DNA of 64,000 bases. It comes from Lepidodermella squamata. Taxonomy: Eukaryota > Animalia > Gastrotricha. A program made the position numbers and the translations under genes. Positions 1-20,117 of the stretch are shown here, piece by piece; within the stretch, counting starts at the first letter, position 1; the number at the start of each line of letters is the position of its first letter. Location of the stretch: the NCBI GenBank assembly GCA_047495785.1, contig JBLDXI010000031.1, positions 1,736,001 through 1,800,000 on the forward strand, written 5' to 3'. Under the pieces are notes generated by a model. The model worked only from the letters and a program-made list of their open reading frames with translations, was not told the DNA's origin and made no database searches.

Positions 1-6129
<6,129 letters not shown>

Positions 6130-9100
6130 TTTTTTTAGCAGGAGTAAATGATAATAATAATCAGTTGATTGATTGAGTTGATTCGAGTGAACACAGTGAT
6201 TGATTATATTGGGTTGAGGTCTGCGGTGTGTGTGTGTGTGTGTGTGCAAATCGGCCTCAGTCAGCAGAAGCGGTACGGTGAGCCAACATCAGCTTCGACG
6301 AAACTCAACACGCTTAAAAGGCCTAGAAAATACATCATTTTCCAATAAATCAATCGATTTTTCTTAAAATTAGCGAGAAATGGTAAAGCTTCACGAGAAT
6401 CATGATTTATTTTATTTATAAATAGTATTTATTTTATAAAAATTACTCCAAAAAAATTAAAATTCCTAAAATTTCAAGATTTTTTTAAATTTAGGACTCA
6501 ATTTAGTGTTCGAGAAGCAATTTTAGTGGAAAAAATATTCATAACTCTAATATGAAAAATATTTTTTAACGAAATTACGCTGGATTGAGGCTTTGATTTT
6601 GCCGGAAAAAGTGTTTAGAACAGTATTAAGCGATATAAAATTTTCATTTGATTTATTATTATTTCGGAACTATGGTACCATATGACACGAAAAAGCATCC
6701 CTTTCAAACAGAAAAATGAGTACCTAGCTGGAAAAATCTGAAATTTTATGAAATTTTGCGAATCGTAAATTTCAATGCCTAAATCTAGAAAAAAGCCTCA
6801 GTCCACGGCTTAACCGTGAAAAATAATTCGAGGCTCCTAAAAATAGTACGAAATTGCTAGAAAAATCGAAAAAATTGCGTACAAGTAAAAATGTATCAAA
6901 TTGTTTAAAATAAGATGATGATCATAAAATTTGGTGGCAGCATCTGATAATTCGGGTAAAACTGTATTTTTCGAAGCGAAAGAAAGCGCTGTGATAAAGA
7001 GGCACTTGAGTAATTGACGCGATATTGTTACTTGTAAATTTCGCTGATATATATACTTATATAAGCATTTGGCAAAATTGAGCAGCAGCAGCAGGCCAGA
7101 CGAGCTATAAGTCGTCGTTTGCCTAGCAAACAGCGATGACGGCAAACGTGGTATGTAAAAATTCGAGTAAAAAAAGGACCGATGGAGGGAAAAAATCAGT
7201 CGATGACGGCCTAGATAGTACGGTAGTGTATATATCGTTCGCGTAAAAATATCGCTCGCTCGCATATATACATACATGCGAGCGAGTTGCGTGTTTGACT
7301 AGTGCATGTTTGTGCGACGACAAATTGCGCTCTATAATATGTACGCACGCGAGCGAGCGAGCGCGAGTACGAGTGCGCGCACTGCTGGCGACACCGCAAA
7401 ATCGATCGACGTCGAGTTATCGATCGAGAGCGAGCCGCGCGAGATCCGGATACGAAGACGACGCAGCAGCGGCGCCGCATCATCATCTTTTTTGCCTGCT
7501 GCTGCTGCTATAACGCAGATTTCAGCAGCCGGCGAAATAATCACCGCTGTCATATACGCGGCTGTAGATGCATTTCGCTATTACTGCTCCGCGTTTGTGT
7601 GTATTAGTGGCGAGCCTGCTGCTGCTGAGTCATCCGTAGCCGCCCCGCCTCGCCTCGCCTCGCCCTGCCGCCGCCGCCGCCATCACCTCGTCGGCGAGAG
7701 AAATGCACGCCGTGAAATTTCACCCATTGCGGCTGCTTTTTTCGATCGCACCGCAGCCGTCGCTAAACACCTCTCATTTGTATTTTACGCGTAAATTATA
7801 CTACACGCCTGCATTTTTAAATTTTATAAATAAACAGCAGCAGCTTCGCGAGGTGTGAAGTGCTGAAATCTAAGAGGAATTCTTAGGTATTCGCGCAGGT
7901 CTGCTGAAGCATGTCCCTGAATTATTCCGACCTGAGATAGACAGAGCTGCTGAAAAATGGAACAATTTGCGCGCATGGCGATGATGTTCCATGAAAATTT
8001 GAAAACGAATGGAGAATCGTAAAAAGAGGCATTTGCTTCAATTTTTCAACATATTGGCTAGGAAAGCGGAACATCCACCCAGTTTTCGCAATGGCGATTA
8101 GTGAGAATCTTTAAACGCGAGAAAAATGCGTTAATGTGTCTCGAAACCATCAATAATTGAGATGAATACACAAAAGCTCTATTGATCGGGGACGTTCTAG
8201 TTACTGAAAGGACTCGAAAATTCGAGAACGCAAATTTGGCTTCAAATCACGCCAAACATGTCTATTATGAAGTGAAACATCACTTTCGAAAATTCTAAAT
8301 ATTTTAAAATAGAAAGGATGAACAATACGAATTTGAGCAAATTTCAGTAAAATTCAGCGTAATTCGCCAAGTAAAAATTCACTTAAAACTTCGATCAAAA
8401 TTTGAGCTTGCCTCCGCTTCCGTCCAGGTTGGTTCCATATTGCTTTGCTATAAATTTAAGCGACGGTCGAGATATTTGGTGCTCAGGAATAAAGTCAAAC
8501 TAATTAATGACCGATCTTGTGGTCGAAATCCAAGCCCCAAATGTAGGCTTAACTTTATGTCCATTAAAAAAGCCATTTTTGCACCGCAAAAATCGTGGTG
8601 GTGAGCACAGGATGAAACTGATTAAATATTAATAGAACAACACCCGCAGAGCTTAGATAAATCTATGTAAGAAAACATGAATAATTTGCCTGAAATTGAG
8701 TATGTTGTTATTAGGCGATGATCAATTATCTCGCAAAAATATTGAGGAAAAAAATCGCGCAAAATTTTTCACCCACATAATAGTTGGAGAGCTGCGTTGA
8801 TTCTCGCGCCGTCGAGGGGAGGAGAAAAACGGCGGCGGCTGCTGCTGCTGCTGCTGCTGTGGGTATATAATCAAAATAATACTATTTAGGTATATTAAGC
8901 AGCATCGACGGCGGCTATGCATGAGGAGTAAACACGCGCGGCCAAAAAACTGAAATACATTGCACAGATGAGCGAGCGGGCGAGCGAACGCGGCATAACT
9001 ATAACAGCTGCGATAAGCCCGCGATAAATCGCTACGCACATATGCCAGACGAAGCAGCAGTACGACTACGAGGCAAATGCACTCCCACGCTGTGTGTGTG

Positions 9101-11180
9101 TATGTGTGTAACGCGTCTCTCGAACATGTGCGAGCTATAACTAACTGAGTAAAATCAAGATTACAACAACAGACGGATTGCTAATCAGGAAAAACCCGAG
9201 AATTTTCGTTTGGGTAGTACGACAAAGATCTACGAGGCAGATTGACAGGTTTTTGCACTTTGCGGCCGATGTGAATAGGCCGCGTTGCTTGGTGATTCAA
9301 TCATCGGGGCGCTCAGCTTCAATAAAGTGCGCGCCACAGTCCAGTGCCGAAAATCAATGCAGACAGAAAAAGCTAATGAGCTGTGCCGTGAAGACCACCG
9401 CCAGCTGTTATATAGCGCATTGCGAAGCCAAAATTAGAGAAAAGACCAGTCACGTAGTATCAAAGTGGTATTTCCATTTTTAGCGGATTGAGACGCTGGA
9501 TTGATATCACCGGAGCTAAAACAAAGTGCTGCTTCAAAATCACTATCCCTCAAGAGGTATCCAACGCCGGCCTTAATAAATCCAGGTTTGCGTCTTTAAA
9601 GCTCCGAACAGAACCATTGCTCATCACGCAACTACAGTTCAACGAATACGCAGCAAGAAATAACAGAATGAAATGACGGCACCCATCAATTCTTAACAGC
9701 ACCATATATACTTGCATTCATCTCACTGTAACAAGTCTCCTTGAACTTCATCTTCTTGCAACATGCATTTAAATGCTAAGAAGAAATAAGAAATAAAGCC
9801 GAAATTAATTGAAAGCAATCTTATGCATCGGCAATCAACACTACTTGGGCGAAATATATCTTAGGAATATTCAACATGAGTTGACATTCGCATCGCTACA
9901 AGCGATATAGGCATGTTATTGATGCAATGTGCATCATGGGCCTCTGACCTCTTTGTAAAAAAATGCAGCTATGCAAAAACATATTGCTGTAGGCTATCTT
10001 TTCCTATACCATTGCATCTCACTACTTTACCCATAAGATTGAAGAAAAAAACCATGCAATGTCGCTAAGAGTTACTCAGTATCGCTTATTGCTTAATATT
10101 TGGATTACATACTCAATAGACAGCGACATTAGATAGCATAGCAGCCTGCTGAGAGAGAGTGCCTCGGCCTAAACTAGTGCAACATGCAACCGGAAAAAGA
10201 GTAAGTAATGATCAAATATGCTAAGTATTATTATTCTCAGCTCACAGATTTGGCTAGGAAAATGCTATGAAAGACAGTTTAAAGCCCACTTGCTTCATTC
10301 AATAACTTCGACGTTACTCGGTTTCTTCCATGTTCTATGCATCGAATTCCTTTTCAGCGATAAGTATGCAAGCTGTATGCCAGAGTACCATCAACACTTT
10401 GCAACTTGCAAGTTTGCAACTTTGAAAATTTGAAAATTTACCGCTCAAACCATCCTGAAGGTCATATACATATTTTCCCATGAAAACAAAGAAATTAATT
10501 AACGATTGCGAAATTCATTTATATAAGAAATGATTGGAAAAATAAATAGCTAAAAATATCGTCGCTCTGGCCGTCCGCAGTTAGCCCGGATTTCAACGAG
10601 ATCCAGCTTGTGCAGGGTAGGGTCGAGTGCTTTTGGCGCTTCTTCCCGCAGTTAGCCGCATTCTCCGCGAATTCGCACTCCTCATCTCGATGAATGTGTC
10701 GTTCGTCACACCAGCGACAGAGATTCCCGTAACGCTGGCGCCCCGACTTTTGTTGATGCTGCGCTTGATGCTGCATGGTACAAACATTCGTATCTTGTAG
10801 CTTTACTTTTGCGTTGTAAGAGTGTTCCTTACACATCCAATGTTCGAATAACATCGATTGAATACGTTGTCGCGGTACAGCTTGTACCCGATGCTTACCA
10901 TAATAGCAATGTTAATAGCGACTAACGCCGAATTACTGGCCGCTGAGATGTCGAACGCGGTGCAGAAGACAGCCTCGCACTTCAGCCGCTCAAGCGCGAA
11001 TGCGGACGCTGTGTGGATGAACGCCGATGATCCCGGTATAGAACCAAATTGTTCCAGTCAGCATGGTGAGAAGAGCGCGAGCCACTTTTGTGGGCACTTT
11101 TCGCAGTTTGGAGAATAGTTTAGCGACACAATTCTGAAGGCAAATTAGTTTTAAGCGCAAACCGCCGAGCCTCTCTTCGC

Positions 11181-11300
11181 CTATTGTGCCGCGAAGATCA
11201 CTAGTTTGAGAATGGAGAAAGATCTCTCAGCATTCGCAACAGTGACAGGAATAGTAAGCAATATTGTCAAGCTGACAGAAATATTAGAAACGATCGAATT
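11181..11300 (-). pseudogene. hAT transposase C-terminal dimerisation-domain relic
   Basis: Translation ILLTIPVTVANAERSFSILKLV matches the hAT dimerisation motif; no remainder of a transposase or TIRs seen. Confidence 0.7.
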
Positions 11301-11439
11301 TACGTTGGTGTTGAAGAAGTCAAAATAGAACCGAGCAAAGCAAGGGTTTTTCGTCGGCGTCAGAACCAACATTTTCGAATTTCACTTGCTCGCTCAAATT
11401 ACATTTAATATTTTAGATAAATTATTAGAATTCTGAATA

Positions 11440-14400
11440 ATGAGCGGTAATGCCGCCACTCAGCAGCAGCAAGAGCTGCAAGACCAAATCAGATCGCTGG
11501 AATACGCCACCCTGAAAGCGCCCTACGAAATTCTGAATAAGAAGTACCGCCAAGCGCACAAAGTCGTCGAAAAGGAAGCCACACTGACCGGCGGCCCTCG
11601 CTCACTCGAGCAGCTCCTCGGCACGCCGGGGGTTACATCGGCCGCCGTTTCCGACGCTCTGGCCAACCTTGAACGGGCACTGGTCGAAAGTCGAAAGCGA
11701 GTGCTATCGGCGTATGACGAAGAAATTGAAGCTACGCTAGCGCTGAAAACGCGAAACGACCATTTGAAACTGGCTGTTGAGACAACAGACGTAGCGACGC
11801 TGGAAAACTGGAAAAATGAACGGGCTATTCGATTCATCGCCGAATACCTCATGCGCACAGGCTATTACAAGTGAGATTTGCTGATTCGAAAACTGAAGTT
11901 TGATAATTTCGAAAGAATTTCAAATCGAGATTTGATTGACGTATAAAATTAAGGTTCCAGCACTAGATTTAAGCATTCGAGGCACGATTTTTTCCATTGT
12001 CAGCTACCATTTTTTTCGATTTTAAAACGAATTTTTCTAATTTTAGCACCGCGATAAAAATGATTCGTCACTACAACGTGGAGCATTTGGTCAATCTCGA
12101 CATTTTCCTGTCGATTCGCGACGTTGAAGACTCCTTGCGGTCGCACTCGACCAGCAAAGCCCTGGCATGGTGCATCGAAAATCGGAGTCGGTTGAAGAAA
12201 CACAAATCGACGCTCGAGTTCAACCTGCGCATGCAAGATTACATCGAGCTGATCAAACTCGGCAAGAAAAAGGACGCCCTCGAGTGAGTTTTTTCAGATT
12301 TTCTTTAGTTATCGTCAAATGGTTGCGACTATTTTTGTAATTTTTCCCTGAAAACCAACCAATTTAATAGGGTATACCTGAAAATTTGGCTCGAAGTAAC
12401 AGGAAATTATGTACCTACGAATAGTTGAAATAGGTATACCATATACTAGTTGAGTACAAATTGGCACGCCGTTTTTTTATTAATTTAGCTAGGTAATTTA
12501 CCTTGAGATACCTTCCCTATTGAAAGGTTTCTCCTTAGATCTTTGTTTACAAAGCTATCAATTACAGCAGATTTTTTCATTCGAATATTAGTAGTAGATA
12601 AGTAGAGATTGAAGCTTCCAGTTCCAATTTCGTGATTCCAAGCCGGAATAGCATTTTGATGAAAGATTACTTGGTAACATCACCCTCATCGACCAGTAAG
12701 TATTTGAGTCGAAAATGTGTTTTATCCGATGAATCAACGTTTATAAGAAACTCGATGATTCGTGTAGGAAATAGTGTTGTCCAAGGAAAAGTTACTGAGC
12801 TCACCGACCTTCTGCTCCACGCAGGTTTGACAGCGCGGAACTAAGAAAAGTAACTTTCTTTGCATACAAGAACCGGTGAGCGACTAGCTTCAAAATCACT
12901 GCTCAATTTTTCTCCGGGCTTAATGCTGGGTCGAGATATTTTACGCAGATTCAAGGGACAAGCAGATAGAGACGAAGTCAGTTTAGTTCAGTGCATTTAA
13001 AGTCACAATTACGGCCAATAGTAACAAGCAAGCAATGTTTTATTTCATCAACAAATAAACTAGCACCGGCCACGGGTGGGCTTTGGGCGCGTCCCGGAAT
13101 GTTTTCGAAGCAACACAATGCTGTTCCGCCAATGCTGTTCAATAGTAACAATAGTAACAAAAATATACCAAAACCACTTGGGAACGGAAACAAAAAATCA
13201 GTCAGAAAGGATAAACACGAAAAGCTGACTGCCTCTCTTGGCTGCTACTGTGTATGTGCATGCTAATTGGTTTTGTGGATTCAAAACAACAAATTGTAAC
13301 TGGCACACATTTATTTGATACTCTCCACCCTGCTGCTGTAAAGATATTATAAAAAGCGCCACACCAGGCTCATCTTCAATGATGTTAGTATTGACCCGAC
13401 AACTACCGTCGACAGCCAAAGCCCGATCAACCGCAGCGTTCCCCGCCATGAGCAACTGCAACAACAGCAGCATTCTCTTGCGTTCGGCATTACGACTGAA
13501 GCCTCTGTAATTTCGCAGTCGGCCAATGGAGCGGAAATGAGCTCGTCTAGTGCAATGTTCAACATAAATACATACTAATAATGGGTGACTTTGAGTGAGG
13601 ATCGACCTTCGAGAACGTCGAGGGAAAATTTGGCTCCGCCTTGTAATCGATGAAATCCCCATGTTTCAACTTGATGACCTCCAGTGGAATAGGTTCCGGA
13701 CTTGCAGATGAAACAATATCTCTCCAGATATCAGGATGAACAATCGGTGACAGCCATCGCTCTGATTCAGAGTATAATTGGACAGAAAAACTCTCGCCAC
13801 TACATGGTTCCGCCACAGTATTTTTTTGCCTGAAGTTCTGGACAGGCCAAACCCATCTCGCGTTGAAGAAAGTCACATTTCTCGAGTGTGCGGTTCCTGG
13901 ATTCAGTGATCTGCAGCAGCTCGGTATCCCAGATCATTCGGGTATTAGGATCAAGATATGTCACCAACCGGTGAAGGTCGTCTACCGAGAACTTTGTCGA
14001 AAATGAGCTCAGACCAGCTTGAGATTATCCGGGATGAAACAACTAGCAGAAGCGATAGATGAGGATGATTGCTCTTTGCCGCGAAAACTGTACCTACAGT
14101 TATTAATTCGAATATGACGGACCCCGCAAATGATGGAATAGTTGATTAACGATTCACGATTGAAGGTTATGAGTTTCCGCGGCATCATTGCTCAGTGCAT
14201 GAACCACAACGAAATGTTATGTCCGTGTAGACGAAATGACCAGGTCGCAAAAGCCGGTTTGGAAAGAGTAGTATAAAAATCTCACAAAGGAGTCCTAAAC
14301 ACGAACCTGAACTTCATATAATTTAGTCAGTTTGAGTGGCTAAATTTATCAATGGAGATGAATTAGTGTTGATGATTTCTAATTGTGAACATTCGATTTC

Positions 14401-15109
14401 CCTATTTTTAGTTTTGCTCGTAAGCACTTTCGAAGCATCGAACCCGAGCAGCTGCCCGAGTTGCAGAAGCTGATGATGATGCTGGGCTTCCGCGACCTGT
14501 CGAAACTGCCGAAACAATACCGCGTGCTGCTGTGCGAGTCGCGCTGGTGCGACTTGATCGAGTCGTTCCGCCGCGACAGCTTCAAACTCTTCCAAATCCA
14601 GTCGGCATCCCTATTCGCACTCGTGCTACAAGCCGGTCTTTCAGCGCTCAAAACTCAGTAAGTTCCGGACTTGGTTTCACGTTTATTTCGCGCAAGCCTG
14701 TTTTGTCTGAACTTTCCCTCTAAAAGAACTAGGGTTCCTCTAAAAATCTAAATAGCGTTTCCCCACGTTTTTCTGATTGTTTCGTTATTTAATGTTTGTG
14801 TGCCTTGTTAGCTCGTGTTTTTCGATGCAACTGATGGACCGGTCGCCGCTGTGCCCGGTGTGCCACCGCGCGCTGAACCGCATTGCGGCGCAGCTGCCGT
14901 CGAGCCACCACTCGCACTCGAAGATCCGCTGCCGGCTGACGGGCCACATCATGGACGACACAAACCCGCCGCTGATGCTGCCGAACGGCCAGATCTACTC
15001 GTACAAGGGCCTGTCGGAGATGGCGCGCGTCCGCGGCTTCGACGTCACGTGCCCCGTCACCGGCGAGACGTACCGCCTGCAGCAGTGCGAGAAGGTTTTC
15101 CTCATGTAA
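11440..15109 (+). CDS. MAEA: Macrophage erythroblast attacher (CTLH/GID E3 ligase subunit), ~403 aa
   Basis: Exons 11440-11870, 12047-12283, 14412-14657 and 14812-15109 join in frame. Motifs: LEYATLKAPYEILNKKYR, LisH (FIAEYLMRTGYY), CTLH (ALAWCIENRSRLKK), LQAGLSALKT, and degenerate RING (CPVC...PPLMLPNGQIY...CPVTG...KVFLM). Confidence 0.95.
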
Positions 15110-16606
15110 TGAGGGAGAGAGACTGTTGCAACATCTTTGTTTGTACCAAGTGTTTTTTGTACGAGACGTGCTCAATCGTCCAGAAAAAACCCTGCAATTG
15201 TTCAAGTCAATTTACTAGCTATACTGTTTTAATACCTATGCTATTGTCATTAAAATATGGAGAATAAAAGGCAATCTTTTTGCTTCTTTTTGCTCGAGTG
15301 ACTGCGAATATTTCAATATTTGACATCGATATTACATACTCTAGTCTCGCCGGGAACGTTACGTTACGTTTTGGACTGCAAAAACCTGGCAAAGCCGAAA
15401 ATGACCTGATATGTGGACTATTCGATGGAGTTTTTCCTAGGCTTCCAGCAAAACAGCCGCAGTCCCCTCAGTTTTGCATCAAAATGAAAAGTAAAAAATA
15501 TCCTAAGATGTCATCTTTGAGATTTTTCAATTTTTAGACATGGAAAATAATTTATAAGCCCCGAATGCGTTTTTAACATTTACGGTAGTATTGATGTAGC
15601 CATTTGCAACTACAGCCATACGATTAAAAATTCCAAACTTCCTAATCATGGCGTCTCTTTCAAAGCATTTCAGGTAAATCGAACTTAATTTGTAACTGAG
15701 GAGATCATGACTCGAATTACCTGTGATTCTGAATAACACTGCATGAAAAATTAAATTTCGAAAGTTCGTTAGTGTCACTATACAATTAGTACACATGTAA
15801 TATGGTTGCAAAATGACATTTATAAAGCAAGACCTGACATCGCAAGCTCGCGCGGTTTGAACCATTAGCGCTAATTTACTAAACAATTAATCACGAATCG
15901 ATTACTGAAGAGGAGACATTACATCCCTAATAAATGGCCCTCATAACCGCTCTTGTGTACATTTTAATTACGGCTGCTTTTGCCAAAATCAACCAGGAGA
16001 CTTATGTCTAGCTAATTTGATTGGCAAGAGTCGTAAAGCGAAGTACAAACGTATCATTCAATTACCCATTCACCCCTTCGGTAATCGCCAAATAAATCCA
16101 TGCAATTATAAATTATAACTATGCTTTAATTTGATATCCTTTTTGTCACTTGTCACGCCTGAGGTCGGATTTCGGCATCCAGATCGGAGACATCAGACAA
16201 TTGGACTAAGCGAAAGGAATAGCTTGAGTTGAGCTGAGGTATGACAGAAAAAAAGAAAGGGGGAACCCGACTCCTTCCGATTCCTTTTCAGTCATATCTT
16301 GGAACAGAATTACTGCGCGAAATATTTCCGTCAACATTGACAAATTCAGGCACTCGTTGAACGCTCTCTAGAGGCGGAAATCTCTGATCCATGAAAACCC
16401 ACTATAATACCATCAGTGAGACGCCGAAAAATGCACGTAAAAATAGACCAATTTCTTTATTATTAGATGAATCACAGATCACAGAATCAAAATAAGAAAG
16501 AACAACTAACAATAATTTATCGAACATGATAACAGATGATATGGCTCATAGTTATGATTATTGACTCAGGAAAGCAATCGCAATCCTGACGTAATTCTCC
16601 GCCGCA

Positions 16607-17038
16607 TCACATCAGTGATGCGGCTTTGTTCATTTCTTGTGCTGCAAGTTTTGCCCATAAATAAAAAGGATCTGGACTGTTGTTCTTGCATAATGATTCT
16701 GATAGCAAACGACCGCATTCTGCCATCTGCTTCCGCTTTTCTAGCTTGAACATTATTCGCAGAAGTGCAATTGCCTTGAAATCTTCTCGGCGACGGATCA
16801 AGGCGCGTATTCTTGCTGTAGAGGATAAGAACAAAAGTTAGATGAAAAAGAACCTGTTTAAATTATTTAACGCGCTAAGTTTACCTTCCATTTTAAATTC
16901 GAAATCTTCCATGTCTGATATTGCAACAGCAGTCTCGCCCTTTCTTGCCGATCGCGGCCCGGAGGATCGACTGGCAGATGCCCTAGTTACTAGATATGTT
17001 AGCATACAGGCGAGTAACATTGCCGCTGCTCTAATCAT
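16607..17038 (-). CDS. Small secreted prepropeptide-like protein, ~120 aa
   Basis: Two exons (16885-17038, 16607-16815) are joined in frame by a 69-nt GTAA..CAG intron. Signal peptide MIRAAAMLLACMLTYLVTRASA, basic sites RK/RRR/KRK, and a C-terminal segment with a C-x8-C pair. Confidence 0.6.
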
Positions 17039-18174
17039 ATTTGCCCAAACAATATTCAATAATGAAAGGAATTCTGGAAATTCGAAGCTTTTCATAGGCA
17101 TTTCAATGGGCTTATATTATAAGAAACGAGACAAGTAAGCTGTCCCTATGTTCACGTTGATCAACGTCAATAGTGATCTGCTTTTTTCTCCGAGTCATTT
17201 CCACCTAATGCGTTTAATTTGTGATCTGCGAGCCGCGATATTAACGTTATTGAGAAACAATTGGATAGGCTTGAACTAATCCGTAAACATGCCGGTTCGA
17301 AAGTTCATGGCCGATATTCGAGCAGTGTAATTTGCTCAAAAGCAATACACTGTGATCGTCCTAAAAGCTCATTTCACGACGAAGTGCTGTATGAGCTCTT
17401 GTAATTTGTAATTAGAATAAAAAACATCCCTTTTTGTTCAAACAGGTTTATCCTCTTCGGATTCTATTATTGCAAGTTTTGATAGAAGAAAAGCTCTTTC
17501 TTCGGCTTCTAACTAACGAAGGGAAATTTTATTTGTGAAGCCCTATTACATCTTTGTATTGAACCGCAATAAGTCACGGGCCTATTAAGTAGCAAAGAAA
17601 TATTCCAGCCGCAAACGGTATGCTTTCGTTCCCGAAATCAGGAGGGCTAAAATCCTCGTTTTGTAAAGTCTCATTCAACAAAAAGCAAAAGCCTCGCCTT
17701 TTATGTTCTATTTTACAACGACACCAAAAATAAGCTCCTAGGATCCAAATGTGTAACTTGACGCCAACGCTTGCGTCGACGCGTCTGAAAAGAATCACGA
17801 GAGGAGAGTTTTGGTAGGCATTGTACTGTTTGCTTCTCAACTTAATTCCTTTTTTAGTACGAAGTAAGCGCAATTTTGAGGCTAGTAGTATTGTGAGGCC
17901 TAACAAAATGTAGCGTGCGTTGTTACCAGACATGTGAAAATGCTTGCTCCTGTTTTTATGACTCGACCTGGTATAGGTTTGCATAGGCCGTAAACCAATT
18001 TTTTTCGTATAGGATATTCCCATAACCCATAAATAATGTTCAATCAGGATTCATGCACTGTTTAATTATTTCATGTAGAAATGTGTTCCTCAATACTTTC
18101 TTATTATTGATGTATTAGCTTGGCTGTTCTTGTTTTATGGCGCAATCTGCCAAATATCGGGAAACTACCAAAAG

Positions 18175-19762
18175 ATGTCATCAATGTCAAGGGCGTATCA
18201 AGGGAGATTCGCTTTTGTGATAATTGCCTCAGCATGCCTCACGGTGCTCTATTTCAAGCTGCGAAAAGGCGAACATCTCACGACTTTTCAATCAAATGAG
18301 GGCTTATCTAGGCTATCGAACAGTCGCTGGTTCACTGTTGCCGCAAGAGGCGATCGGCATTTTGAGTTCACCCTATGCGGCGCGTATTATGACCGGGAAA
18401 CGTGCAGCAATGTTGGAGAAAGCTCAGCGAATGTCACAACTTCGATATTATTCGATTTCACGCCAACAGTCAACAACCACGTGCGTAACATGTTTGCCGA
18501 TCACGTTCGAGCTTCAGAAAAGTGGCTATCAGGCGAAGGTCCCTTCCCAATTAATGGCCCATGCTTGCCACTGAATGATGACAGCATTCAATGCGTGATT
18601 CGTGTTTGGAACCGCATCAACAGAGCCAACAAGTTGAATCGATACCAGGACAGTTTTATGTATGCGGTGAGGCTCGATAAGAACCTGCAGATTGTTCCGC
18701 ATTCTGGCCATCTGCTTGGCATCCCGAGTACTATTCAACAACCAGTTGGTACCGGGCCAGAGGATGCAAGAATGTTCGAACTCAACGGCACGATATTCAT
18801 CGCTTTCACAAATGCTCACTACTACGGAACTTCTTTTCTAAGGTTTGTGAACATCTTCCCTAGCTTACGTGGAACACTCTCTTAGAGGTTGACGTCTCAG
18901 TATCTTGCATTAAATGATTCATAACTGAACTACTCGTAATAATTCTCTTCTCCAGCAAAGGGCTTCCAAAAGCTTGAACCTTAATGAATCTTTAGACGCC
19001 AGTTTTTGTGGTCTTTGGACGATAGCGTGCTGTACTCCATCAAAGTTAGCGACAAGCTGAGACTGGAATCAGCCGCCAAAAACTGGGCACCCTGGGTCTA
19101 CAACGGCCGGTTGCGCATGGTCTACGAACTCTTGCCCAAATTACGCGTAATGGAGTGTTATTTCAAACCGGTCCAAGATCAGGAAGCTCGGATTGCAAAT
19201 TGCTCGTTTGTCATTGGTAGCGAAGGGGGTAACTCAACCGCCTTGGTTCTTCGTGGCGGCACTTCCTTCGTTCATTACTTCGGTGATTACTACCTTTCAG
19301 TGACTCATACTCATACGCGCCGGCTAGGCCCAGCCGGTAAGTTTCATCCAAGCCATTTTCAACCTTATTTCGCAAGTTTATCACTCAGAATATGCTGCTC
19401 AATTGACGCTGCTCGATGCGAAGCTCAACAGAATCGCTCTACTCACATCGCCAATATTCATAGATCCCGATACCATGATGAACGTGCCAGACGCTGAGAT
19501 GTTTGTTGAGAAGCCGATTCTTTTCAGCACGGGCCTGTTCATGGAATCACTTGACAGTTTGATCTTCACAGCTGGACTCAACGACAACCACTGCATCATC
19601 GTTAGGCTTGCTGGGTTCGAGAGTCTACTAAGTAACTTCTTGAAATTACGTCTGAATTGCGTTTCTATCGCATATGATCTTCAGAGAAGGCCATTGAATC
19701 TAATGAAGCTTGTGGAGCCACAACTTCAAGCCGAATGCCTAGTGCCATGGAGGAATGGCTGA
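18175..19762 (+). CDS. Type II membrane protein, GT91/beta-mannosyltransferase (DUF3589)-like beta-propeller, ~460 aa
   Basis: Exons 18175-18842, 18996-19336 and 19389-19762 are in frame. N-terminal TM FAFVIIASACLTVLYF; motifs GPEDARMF, KNWAPW and LRGGT in the order typical of Bmt-like proteins. Confidence 0.6.
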
Positions 19763-20117
19763 AACGCGTCAATGGCCGCGAAATCGATCGATATTTTTAC
19801 AACAAAAGTGTCCCGAGAGTGGACTATTATTCTTCGTCTAATTATGACTCATGGTTCGACTGAAAAATATGGCGAAACCCTCAAGCAATATTTTGTAATC
19901 AATTTTTCATTTCTGGCGAATTTATTTTCCTATTATCAGCCTTCAAGTCATTCTCAAATCATTTTCAGAAATTAGTAAATACGGCAGTTTTATTCAATTG
20001 GAGATGTGGCGATACAAAAAAACACATGTGGGAAGGTACTACGACTAAATATCAGCGACTAAGATAAGAGAATAAACTCGAGTTTTACGACGACTAAATA
20101 CAGTGAATATTGCCGAA

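Noticed and set aside
7050-9130. GC-rich patches with GCT/CGAG runs and overlapping ORFs upstream of PKC
   Set aside because: Low-complexity translations; more likely regulatory or UTR sequence, but there is no specific evidence.
9150-11150. Short ORFs in balanced-GC sequence between PKC and MAEA
   Set aside because: No recognisable protein motif or consistent exon chain.
12600-14320. Compositionally distinct segment in MAEA intron 2; minus-strand peptide LVTYLDPNTRMIWD faintly like an LTR-retrotransposon gag
   Set aside because: Frames are broken and there are no LTR, TSD or diagnostic motifs; it cannot be supported as a nested gene or an element.
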